DNA of 64,000 bases from a virus. Taxonomy: Duplodnaviria > Caudoviricetes. Each line of letters begins with the position of its first letter. Position 1 is the stretch's first letter. Under the pieces are notes generated by a model. It saw nothing but the letters and a program-made list of their open reading frames with translations, was not told the origin of the DNA and made no database searches. Shown here piece by piece: positions 1-7,948 of this stretch. Both the position numbers and the translations under genes were made by a program. Location of the stretch: positions 96,001-160,000 of IMG/VR virus record IMGVR_UViG_3300028805_004760. The stretch is one strand, 5' to 3'.

Positions 1-42
1 GCTTAACAGGCCGCCGCTCTAACCGTTAAAAGCTATGCACCC
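1..42 (-). tRNA. tRNA-Asn(GTT), truncated by window edge
   Basis: Reverse complement gives acceptor 5' strand, D-arm and anticodon loop CTGTTAA. Confidence 0.85.
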
Positions 43-57
43 AATAAATAATTTATT

Positions 58-129
58 TGCTATGTTTGTGGATTCGAACCACCTTCTGCGTGCCGCCGGC
101 CGCCATTCTGACCATTAAACTAGAACATA
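58..129 (-). ncRNA. tRNA-like element with non-canonical anticodon arm
   Basis: D-arm and GGTTCGAATCC T-arm intact; anticodon arm is GCGGCCGGCGGCACGC with no 7-nt U33 loop. Confidence 0.55.
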
Positions 130-221
130 CAAGTATCGGCAAATACTTCGTTTGTTAAACTACTTCTAACTTTACATAGAATTGCCGTCCTATATAAACT
201 TAGGGTTCGTTTAGCCGATTG

Positions 222-311
222 CGGTCCCTACGGGAATTGAACCCGTCTGATTCGGTATTACCTTTCTCCTGAGTGACAGTCAGGCGTCCACACCATGCAG
301 ACCCAGAGACC
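222..311 (-). tRNA. tRNA-Asp(GTC) with long variable region
   Basis: CCTGA-CTGTCAC-TCAGG anticodon arm; about 20-nt variable region; T-arm GGTTCAATTCC. Confidence 0.85.
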
Positions 312-325
312 AATAAATTTATAAG

Positions 326-400
326 TGGGCTCGCTGGGGGATGATCCCAGAATCTCGCGGCTTATGAGGCCGGTATTTTAACCTATTAAACTACAAGCCC
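326..400 (-). tRNA. tRNA-Met/Ile2(CAT) with atypical T-loop
   Basis: Anticodon loop CTCATAA; T-loop ATCATCC instead of TTCRANY. Confidence 0.75.
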
Positions 401-431
401 AATTCGTATTCATTATTACGAATTTTATTTG

Positions 432-516
432 TGGGATAGGTAGGATTCGAACCTACTGAGTTTCATAGTAATGGTTTTACAGACCACCGCCCATCCACCA
501 TCTGAGCCGCTATCCC
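432..516 (-). tRNA. tRNA-Tyr(GTA)
   Basis: Loop CTGTAAA, long variable arm, canonical T-arm. Confidence 0.9.
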
Positions 517-640
517 AAATTCAATTTTACAGATAATTGAGAACTGTATTGGAGGCTCCTCGTTTTTCTGAGAGAAATTAATTTCCACTGGGTCAGCAAG
601 CCATTGTCACCCAACCTACTGCAGTTTAGGTCTTTAAAAG

Positions 641-713
641 TGGAAACGAAGAGAATCGAACTCTCCCATCAACCTTGCAAAGGTCAATCGCCAGCCTTGG
701 AACATTCGCCCCC
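641..713 (-). tRNA. tRNA-Ala(TGC)
   Basis: Loop TTTGCAA; G3:U70; A73. Confidence 0.85.
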
Positions 714-1081
714 AATATAAAAGAATATCCACGCCCGATTTTCACAGACTTATTGCACTTTCGTAACCTAATCCCCATATAGTTGACGTCTACCATGAGG
801 GTGGTGGCTGAGAGTTAAAATCCAACTCACAACAAGATATTCTTAAAGGTTCGCCGTGGGTTGTATTTCACTTCCCGACCTTCCCAAGACTTACTCTTTC
901 AACAATTCCTTTGGTAATCTCATTTCATTTGTTAATAATTGAATAGCCGGTAATAACGATTAATATTAATCTCCCGAAGTTTGTCCATTCAATCCATCTT
1001 ACTCTGAGGGCTACTCGTTCATTTGCAATTTAATGCAGTTGATACCATACGCCAGGATGTTATTACTTAACTTCCGACTAG

Positions 1082-1155
1082 ATCCGAGTGTCAGACTCGA
1101 ACTGACAACCTCCTGATTACAAGGCAGGGGCTCTACCAATTGAAGCTAACCCGGA
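1082..1155 (-). tRNA. tRNA-Thr(TGT)
   Basis: Loop CTTGTAA; canonical D and T arms. Confidence 0.85.
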
Positions 1156-1160
1156 ATGTT

Positions 1161-1291
1161 TAGGATCATTATCCGATTGGATAAAATTAAAAGTTCTATC
1201 ATTAAACCCTCGGTGATCCTTTTAAACAGTTGAGATTGAACTCCGATTGAACAGAATTATAAGTTCTATTATTAAACCCTCGGCAATCTCA
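1161..1291 (-). repeat. Two tandem copies of a ~60-nt structured motif
   Basis: Shared core TCCGATTG..AAGTTCTATxATTAAACCCTCGG (+ strand) with different, self-complementary closing stems. Confidence 0.75.
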
Positions 1292-1693
1292 TAATAATAT
1301 AGAATTTCTGTAATATCACCGACATGTGTCAGCTGCGTTATTGTTCACAAACGCGAATCCTGCGAAATTCTATTATATAATGATAAGGAAATTCTGTTGT
1401 TCTTTAATGTTCCCTTGTTCCATATAAATGAGGCCCGATGACTACCCATCAAACATTAAAGAATATATTTACTGAACTATACCGCTGGGCTGCTTGGCAT
1501 CCCATTGACAGTGGTTTTACACCAACCTCTTCCGTATCAGTTTAATATTTGATATTAATTAGTACATGCGATTTTATGTTAATGACCTCTGTCCGTACTG
1601 ATTATTTACCTCAGTAAAGCAATCTTACCAAATATTGGCTTGGAGGGGTCCTCCGTGACGCTACCCACGTATATCTTTTAATATCATATTTTC

Positions 1694-1724
1694 TTTATTT
1701 TGTTGTACCAATATGTCAAAGAAC
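1694..1724 (-). promoter_or_regulatory. boxA-like antitermination element GTTCTTTGACATATTG
   Basis: 31-nt exact repeat of 12841-12871; resembles rrn boxA; lies just downstream of promoter motif 1780-1808. Confidence 0.7.
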
Positions 1725-1779
1725 TCAATTTCAAAAACTAAATATTCATATTATATTAGTTTTCAAATATTATATTAAT

Positions 1780-1808
1780 AATATAGTTCATTAAAAAATT
1801 ATTTCAAA
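1780..1808 (-). promoter_or_regulatory. Phage early-type promoter (TTGAA..16-17 nt..TATATT)
   Basis: Matches the motif repeated at 13 or more sites in the window. Confidence 0.65.
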
Positions 1809-1848
1809 TTTCTAAGAAATATTTTTAAGAATTATTTATTAATTTTTG

Positions 1849-1917
1849 TTTCCTCTAGTTGGACTCGAACCAACGCCCACCGGCCTTCCCGGTGCTCTAC
1901 CCCTGAGCTATATGGAA
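1849..1917 (-). ncRNA. tRNA-like element lacking an anticodon loop
   Basis: Canonical D-arm (TAGCTCAGGGGTAGAGC) and T-arm; anticodon arm ACCGG-GAAGG-CCGGT has a 5-nt loop. Confidence 0.65.
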
Positions 1918-2013
1918 CCTCGTATTCAAAAAAAACTACCATACTCCATTATATACATACGGCCGATATTATATAACTTCATTACTCTCATTAATCATCC
2001 TACTAAAAAACTG

Positions 2014-2084
2014 TTGGACCTACGGGACTCGAACCCATAACATGAGGACCAAAATCTCACGTGTTACCATTACACCAAGGTCCA
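2014..2084 (-). tRNA. tRNA-Gln(TTG)
   Basis: U1-A72, loop TTTTGGT. Confidence 0.9.
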
Positions 2085-2340
2085 GTTTATAAAAATCCAG
2101 TACTATTCTTCTATAATGTTCATTTAAGTGTAAATCCTTGCTCTACATGTGGTGGGCCACTTTACCCTGATTTTCAAATTCCCATGGAAATTATCAATCC
2201 CTCATATATAGTACCTTTGTACCTTTATTGAATTATTGCTCCTTTTGCCTATTTAGAAGTATCGGCTGACTACGTTATAGAATCGGAATTGAACCGGTTC
2301 TTCAATAACCCAATGGATTTTATATAATCTTGAGTTCAAT

Positions 2341-2430
2341 ATTTCAAAGAACAATTCAAATAATATTTAATGTTTAAATAATATTTGTTTTATATAATTA
2401 TAATATAGTAACTTTATTTTTAATTTCAAA
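2341..2430 (-). promoter_or_regulatory. tRNA array B promoter plus boxA (TTGTTCTTTGAAAT)
   Basis: 2341-2410 is identical over 70 nt to 13059-13128; includes the TTGAAA..TATATT promoter. Confidence 0.75.
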
Positions 2431-2450
2431 TATCTAAGATATTTTTTTAT

Positions 2451-2490
2451 AAAAAAATAAGCGGTTAAGAATTTCATTTCCTAACCGCTT
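2451..2490 (-). terminator. Intrinsic terminator (attenuator) of leader B
   Basis: Stem AAGCGGTTAGGA/TCTTAACCGCTT followed by a U-tract on the minus strand. Confidence 0.85.
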
Positions 2491-2515
2491 GCGTATATTA
2501 TTATTTAGTTTATAT

Positions 2516-2629
2516 TCAAAAATCTATTTCCGTAGATTGCAAGCGGTCTTTACATATGTCATAATTCTTATTCCAAGCATTTACTAATGTTTGGTCGGCA
2601 TTTTGTTTATATGTATTAACTGTTTGCAT
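2516..2629 (-). CDS. Putative attenuator leader peptide B (37 aa, MQTVNTYKQNADQTLVNAWNKNYDICKDRLQSTEIDF)
   Basis: ATG..TGA ORF overlapping antiterminator 2539-2547; composition matches the downstream tRNAs. Confidence 0.75.
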   Translation of the reverse strand: MQTVNTYKQNADQTLVNAWNKNYDICKDRLQSTEIDF

Positions 2630-2688
2630 TATAGTTTAATTTAATTTAATTTAGTAATAATAATATTTAATTTAGAACTTGGATAAAA

Positions 2689-3864
2689 TTATTTCAAATT
2701 TTTCTTAATTTCTTCAATCATTTTATTAACTTTATCTAAATATTCTTTAGAATCATTAATTTCTGATTTAGCATTAACTCTTTCCCATTCTCCATATACT
2801 TCAGGATTTGCGGCTCCCCTTTCTCTTGCACGTTTTACAGATCTTTCTGCTGTATTTGAAGATTGTAATGATTTATATAATGATTCATATGCATAAGATA
2901 CATATGTCATTAATCTACCCATATCAAAACTTTGTGTTAAATTTTCTGGTGAACTTACTACTTGTTTATAAAGAGCAACAACTTCATCATTTGCTTTCTT
3001 AATATCATCAAATAATAAATTAGGATCCTTTTGAAGTTTCTTAGCTTTAATTTCAGCAACCATTGTTTTATAACGTGATTGTTGTTTATTAAGAAGTTCT
3101 TTTAATGATTCAGCATCATAATTAATTGCGCCTTTCTTTTGTTCTTCACGAGTTGTAGCAACATCTTTATAATCCTTAATCATAGAATCAGTAATTTCAA
3201 GTGCCATTACTTTAACACCTTCAACTTGTGCCAAATCTTTAAGCATATCTACAACTTCATTAGCTTTCATTGAACGTGTTTGATATGAATAATAAGGTTT
3301 TGTCACTTCTTTAACACCATTACCCCATTTACCATCTGTTTTAAAATAGAATACACCATCTGCTTTATCGTCTTTTCCATAAGCTTTAATAAAGTTAAGA
3401 ACCTTATTATCTTTTGTCATTACAATAAAATCTGCATTCTTATCTTTCTTTCCATAAGTAGATTTAATAAGTTTTATTAATTCCTTATTGTCTGGTGCAT
3501 ATTCTTTAAAATCTTCATCTTTAATTTCAGACCATTTAAGACCTTGTAATCCCTTTTTTAAATTATATTTGCCACCATCTGTCTTAGGACCAAATATAGA
3601 TGCAAAATTAGTTAAATTTGGTTTGTAATAATCATCAGAATAATTACGGCCTTGTTCTTCATTACGTTTCTTTCTATCTTTTTCGTCTTGAATTTTACGT
3701 TTATTATTTTCTTTTTCAGCATCAAATATAGCTTGTGCTAAAGTAGAAAGAATACTAGATTTAAATGATTCATTAATCATATCTTCTGCTATCATATTTG
3801 CTTCTTCTTTAATGATTGCAGAATTCCATCTTGAATCTACAATATATTCAAATAATTGTTTCAT
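2689..3864 (-). CDS. Hypothetical phage protein (likely start MKQLFEY)
   Basis: Long ORF with typical composition; the upstream 25 codons overlap a terminator. Confidence 0.8.
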   Translation of the reverse strand: MKQLFEYIVDSRWNSAIIKEEANMIAEDMINESFKSSILSTLAQAIFDAEKENNKRKIQDEKDRKKRNEEQGRNYSDDYYKPNLTNFASIFGPKTDGGKYNLKKGLQGLKWSEIKDEDFKEYAPDNKELIKLIKSTYGKKDKNADFIVMTKDNKVLNFIKAYGKDDKADGVFYFKTDGKWGNGVKEVTKPYYSYQTRSMKANEVVDMLKDLAQVEGVKVMALEITDSMIKDYKDVATTREEQKKGAINYDAESLKELLNKQQSRYKTMVAEIKAKKLQKDPNLLFDDIKKANDEVVALYKQVVSSPENLTQSFDMGRLMTYVSYAYESLYKSLQSSNTAERSVKRARERGAANPEVYGEWERVNAKSEINDSKEYLDKVNKMIEEIKKNLK

Positions 3865-3907
3865 TTTACATATAGTTATATTTATAATTAATATATATAA
3901 AAATAAC

Positions 3908-3950
3908 AAAAAACCAATGATAATTTTAAAAACTACCATTGATTTTTTTT
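3908..3950 (-). terminator. Terminator of tRNA array A
   Basis: Hairpin CAATGGTA/TATCATTG flanked by A and T tracts, directly after the last tRNA. Confidence 0.65.
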
Positions 3951-3968
3951 TGTAATGTCAATTGCGAG

Positions 3969-4048
3969 TACCCCTACTCCGATTCGAACGGAGACCCAAT
4001 TAAGGACCGCTTTTGAGACGGCTGCGTAGACCATTCCGCCATAGGGGC
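3969..4048 (-). tRNA. tRNA-Leu(CAA)
   Basis: Loop CTCAAAA, variable arm. Confidence 0.9.
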
Positions 4049-4054
4049 ATATAT

Positions 4055-4139
4055 GTAGGGCTGAAGGAATCGAACCTCCACGTGTCCTATCGGTAGGCAC
4101 CGCACGTTTCCATGTGATAGTAACTAGCTATCTGCCCTA
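4055..4139 (-). ncRNA. tRNA-like element with GGAA loop in place of the anticodon loop
   Basis: Acceptor TAGGGC/GCCCTA, T-arm GGTTCGATTCC, long extra arm, no 7-nt anticodon loop. Confidence 0.55.
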
Positions 4140-4165
4140 ATGTTACATATTGATACAACAAAATT

Positions 4166-4414
4166 TTAATTTATCTTATACAATTCTTCATTTTCAATTG
4201 CTCGTCTTATCCATCTCATCAATATTAAAGCTTTATCATAATGATACATAAATGTAGCAGTTTCTCCAACATCATGTTTATCAGACAAATCAATATCAAG
4301 TGAATATATTGTACCATCTTCTACTGTTATATGATAAACAGCAATTCCGCCTGCCTTTACACAATCAAGATTAGCAGAGCCTTTTACAATTGTCTTTAAA
4401 TCATGAGTAATCAT
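4166..4414 (-). CDS. Small hypothetical phage protein within the tRNA array
   Basis: 82-aa ORF, co-oriented, natural composition. Confidence 0.75.
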   Translation of the reverse strand: MITHDLKTIVKGSANLDCVKAGGIAVYHITVEDGTIYSLDIDLSDKHDVGETATFMYHYDKALILMRWIRRAIENEELYKIN

Positions 4415-4436
4415 TTTTCTCTCCTATATATTTATG

Positions 4437-4500
4437 TGGTTGGGATTACTGCAGTCCTCCACAGTATCAGTGTGGTATGCAATTATTACACCAAATCCCG
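4437..4500 (-). ncRNA. T-armless tRNA-Ile(GAT)-like element with encoded CCA
   Basis: GGGATT/AATCCC acceptor, CCACA-CTGATAC-TGTGG anticodon arm, no T-arm. Confidence 0.6.
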
Positions 4501-4502
4501 AG

Positions 4503-4586
4503 TGCCCTCCACGGGAGTCGAACCCGCACCCATTTTACCGGACCAGCTCCTTAGGCTGACGTGTCTACCAATTCCACCAAAAGGGC
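4503..4586 (-). tRNA. tRNA-Leu(AAG)
   Basis: TCAGC-CTAAGGA-GCTGG; Leu-type D and variable arms. Confidence 0.85.
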
Positions 4587-4666
4587 ATCGCTGTGGATGT
4601 TACTTTACTGTTCATGACCAGACAATTTTAAAAGAAAATCCACCATAAAGAAAATCAAAAATTGTG

Positions 4667-4747
4667 TGCGGCTAGTCAGATTCGAACTGACACCCATATA
4701 ATGGACGGCTTCTTAGACCGCTGCGTCGACCGTTGCGCCATAGCCGC
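4667..4747 (-). tRNA. tRNA-Leu(AAG)
   Basis: GCGGT-CTAAGAA-GCCGT; Leu-type body. Confidence 0.85.
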
Positions 4748-5048
4748 AGATTAATTCCCATTCTAACAAGCAATATAAAGTGTTTGCAACCACAATATAC
4801 TGTTAAAATGTCCTAATAAATATTAACCAATAGTACAGCACCAATTGCTGTTATTGAAAATTAATATCGTTCGGCTTGATGAGGTCCTTTTTTAATTGGT
4901 AACGATAACTTCCAATCACCAAGTCATCAAATGGGAACTATAATTCGCATGGTTATCTTAATTCCGTTTGGTTATCTAGAAATGCTTAGGAATTCTTACT
5001 GTTCATAAGTACGAGTCAAACCATTGCATAAACTACGTATCGTATTCG

Positions 5049-5122
5049 TTGGGCTGGTCGGAGTCGAACCGACGATCCCTTGCTTGTAAGGCAAGTGCTT
5101 TAAACCACTAAGCTACAGCCCA
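5049..5122 (-). tRNA. tRNA-Val(TAC)
   Basis: CTTGC-CTTACAA-GCAAG. Confidence 0.9.
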
Positions 5123-5410
5123 ATAAATATAGTTTTTGGTAAGAACTATAAAAAACTTATCCTACTTGACATCAATTTTTAGTTTTCGGACTACCCAGCA
5201 CGCTACCCTAAATTCACCTTAATGGTTATAAAATCCATCCTTCTTCCAATTAATATAAAATAGGCCTCTTTTATAATAATTTGCTACTAAAAGTCTTTTT
5301 CTGGGTTGAGAGGATTTTACTATTTTATGGAGAATTTACTCCACTTCGTCATCTAAATAGCGAAAGACTAGCACAAGATATTGGCTTGCATCGCTCTACC
5401 TTGGCACGTG

Positions 5411-5484
5411 TTGGGGTACCGGGACTCGAACCCAGAACTTCTGCTTCAGAGACAGATGTGTTAACCAATTACACGCATACCCCA
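5411..5484 (-). tRNA. tRNA-Gln(CTG)
   Basis: Loop CTCTGAA; U1-A72. Confidence 0.9.
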
Positions 5485-5485
5485 A

Positions 5486-6301
5486 TTATTTATAGGTAAT
5501 ACAATTAAAATCATTGCATTTAACTTTTATATTATTTAAATTAAATTCTTTAATTATATCTGATGTACATTTAATGTTATTAAATTCAAACCAATCATCA
5601 ATTTTTCTATTCCATAGAGCATTTGCTTGTTCTCCTTTATTAGTTAATCTTTTAATATATTCTTCTAAAGATTTAAATAAAAAATGTTTAACATATATAT
5701 TACAAAAATTAATATAACGTCCTATATAATTAATTTTAAAAAAATGTGGAATTAACACAAAATTATTTAAAGTAGATAAATTGTGTTTACAATTAATAAT
5801 ACATTTAAAATTAAAATACTTTTGATTAAATTTTTCATTATATTTTGTATATGTATTAAAAATACTGTATTTTTGATGATTATATGGATGATATAAATAA
5901 TTATTAGATAACATTGTTTTCCAACACATACTTATACACAATTTATCAAAATTATCATTTAATACATTATATAATTGTTCTTTTGTACAATCAATATATT
6001 CGTCTGGATCTATAAATGCCATCCAATCATAATTATTTTTCCAAAGACGTTCAAATATATGATAAACGATTTTTTGTCTAAAAACTCTATTATTTAACAT
6101 TTGAAATTCTTCGTCATTACATATATCTGTAATCTGAAAAATATGAACATAATTATATTTACTTAATAATTCTTTATGAGATTTACTATCAAAATCTTCA
6201 ATTAAATAAAAATCACCAAATCCTAAATTATGATGATATTCAATCCATTCTTCAATATAATCGTGTTCATCTTTGATTATTTGACATATACATAATTTCA
6301 T
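5486..6301 (-). CDS. Glycosyltransferase (GT2-like/GT92 type)
   Basis: N-terminal ICQIIKDEHDYIEEWIEYHHNLGF and WMAFIDPDEY DxD motif. Confidence 0.8.
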   Translation of the reverse strand: MKLCICQIIKDEHDYIEEWIEYHHNLGFGDFYLIEDFDSKSHKELLSKYNYVHIFQITDICNDEEFQMLNNRVFRQKIVYHIFERLWKNNYDWMAFIDPDEYIDCTKEQLYNVLNDNFDKLCISMCWKTMLSNNYLYHPYNHQKYSIFNTYTKYNEKFNQKYFNFKCIINCKHNLSTLNNFVLIPHFFKINYIGRYINFCNIYVKHFLFKSLEEYIKRLTNKGEQANALWNRKIDDWFEFNNIKCTSDIIKEFNLNNIKVKCNDFNCITYK

Positions 6302-6443
6302 ATATTAATATAAATTATATAAATTTAAAGATACTTACACAAACTCCAAGTCGCCGGCTTGTATGTCTTGAGTTTCCTTAGTTACAGCGAGAATTCTTTG
6401 TTAAACTTCTGTACATACCATACCTCTCCCTCAGTATCTTTAG

Positions 6444-6523
6444 TACCCTCAGTGAGATTCGAACTCACACCCAATTAAGGACAGATTCTAAGTCTGCTGC
6501 GTAGACCATTCCGCCATGAGGGT
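6444..6523 (-). tRNA. tRNA-Leu(TAG)
   Basis: GCAGA-CTTAGAA-TCTGT. Confidence 0.9.
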
Positions 6524-6786
6524 AAATTGTGTCCTTGTTCCATTAACGCAGTCTTAGGCACCGAACCACACGGATAGTTCATTACTTTAATTAACTAATC
6601 GTGCTCCTCCATACACTACTCATTCAATATATATCTCAGGCATGGTGTTTCACCCTTGTCTTATTAGTTAATTTTAATGGGTTACAACTATCAAAAAACC
6701 AATATATGTCCGCCCTATACCAATTAAAGTCGGTGTCTCTTGGTAAAATCCAAGGCTCTCTTATAATTTAAGCTAATAGGACAACG

Positions 6787-6871
6787 AGCGGGTAAAGGGA
6801 ATCGAACCCTCATCTCCAGTTTGGAAGACTGGTATAATCAGCTAAATGCCTGACCATTATACGATACCCGC
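6787..6871 (-). tRNA. tRNA-Gly(TCC) with enlarged D-loop
   Basis: CCAGT-CTTCCAA-ACTGG; extra TCAGGCATTTAGCTGA hairpin in the D-loop. Confidence 0.85.
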
Positions 6872-7067
6872 ATAAACATGATCTTTCGAGTTTCAATGAG
6901 GTTCCTCACCCTCTACAGGATATTGTTCGTAAACAAAACTCTAACTAACGCTTCTACTGGTCCCTCAGATCATGAACTTAAGGAATGGAGCGGACGTTCT
7001 CCCCAGTACCGACGAGGGAACTGGCAGTTTCGATTAATAGGCCTGTGCACCAACCTATTACTACATG

Positions 7068-7156
7068 CGGAGAGCACTGGGGTCGAACCAGATCCAGATA
7101 CTATCCGAACGCACTGCTTAGCAGGCAGCCGCTATCACCGTTTAGCATTACTCTCC
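7068..7156 (-). tRNA. tRNA-Ser(GCT)
   Basis: Loop CTGCTAA, long variable arm, G73. Confidence 0.9.
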
Positions 7157-7220
7157 AATTTGGTTGATTAACTAGCTCAACCATAAGCCTCGATATAATT
7201 ACTACTATAAGTAGAATTTC

Positions 7221-7294
7221 TGGGGGTTATGCCGGAGTCGAACCGACCTAGACAGAACCACAATCTGTCGTCCTACCGATAGACGAATAACCCC
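7221..7294 (-). tRNA. tRNA-His(GTG)
   Basis: Loop TTGTGGT; G-1:C73. Confidence 0.9.
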
Positions 7295-7496
7295 ATGTAA
7301 AGATAATTTTATAAAATAGGTGTTGCCAAAACTTAAATTATCATTCATAAATTTCTTACCCAAGACCACCGGAGTTTTCCTTGATACTATTTCTAGCCGT
7401 ACTTCTTCCTATCATAGGGATAACCCACTACTCCAATTGGTATTACTTAAAATTTATGCCATATAAAACACTATTTATATGAAAGTTTTATCCAAG

Positions 7497-7582
7497 GGTG
7501 TTAGACGAGATTCGAACTCGCATTGGAATTTCTTCCGATGATTCACAGTCACCTCCCTGTAACCAATTCGGGTACTAACACC
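7497..7582 (-). tRNA. tRNA-His(GTG) with long variable arm
   Basis: Loop CTGTGAA; variable hairpin GGAA-GAAA-TTCC. Confidence 0.85.
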
Positions 7583-7624
7583 ATATTAAAAAATTTAAAA
7601 TTTGTTTAAATGAGTTTGTGAGAC

Positions 7625-7948
7625 TCATAGAATTTCCACCACTTTACCAAAAATGTTTTTTCTAGTTATAACACCATTTGGTTTACCATGATTATTACCA
7701 ATCAAAAATCTATCACCTGCTTTAATACTCCATATTAAATGCAAATAATAATGACCATTAACTTTACAAAGAACTATGTCTCTTTTATTTAATATAGTTT
7801 CATTTGTAACTGGTATACAAATAACTGGTTGCCTTGATTTAAGTATTGGCGTCATAGAATTCCCAACACCAGTTATTTTAACAATTTCTCCAGCTTGTAA
7901 ATGTTCGGCAGAAATTCTGTTTTCTAATCCACTGTAAGTGTATTCCAT
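7625..7948 (-). CDS. Peptidase S24/S26-like (LexA/signal-peptidase fold) small protein
   Basis: GNSMTP motif, DIVLCKV, HLI, GNN, IFGKV. Confidence 0.75.
   Translation of the reverse strand: MEYTYSGLENRISAEHLQAGEIVKITGVGNSMTPILKSRQPVICIPVTNETILNKRDIVLCKVNGHYYLHLIWSIKAGDRFLIGNNHGKPNGVITRKNIFGKVVEIL

Noticed and set aside
1161-1291. CRISPR-like mini array
   Set aside because: Only two imperfect copies, no spacer-sized unique sequence between them, and no cas operon. The Cas4-like gene at 61645 is a typical standalone phage nuclease.
2272-2327. T-arm-like GGTTCAATTCC with weak acceptor pairing (tmRNA or mini-tRNA)
   Set aside because: AT-only pairing, no Ala acceptor identity and no tag ORF. 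Kept only as part of the 2090-2322 stem-closed cassette.
3865-3939. Hydrophobic N-terminal signal on ORF 2689-3939
   Set aside because: This extension overlaps the array terminator and AT-rich intergenic DNA. The likely start is the ATG at 3864.
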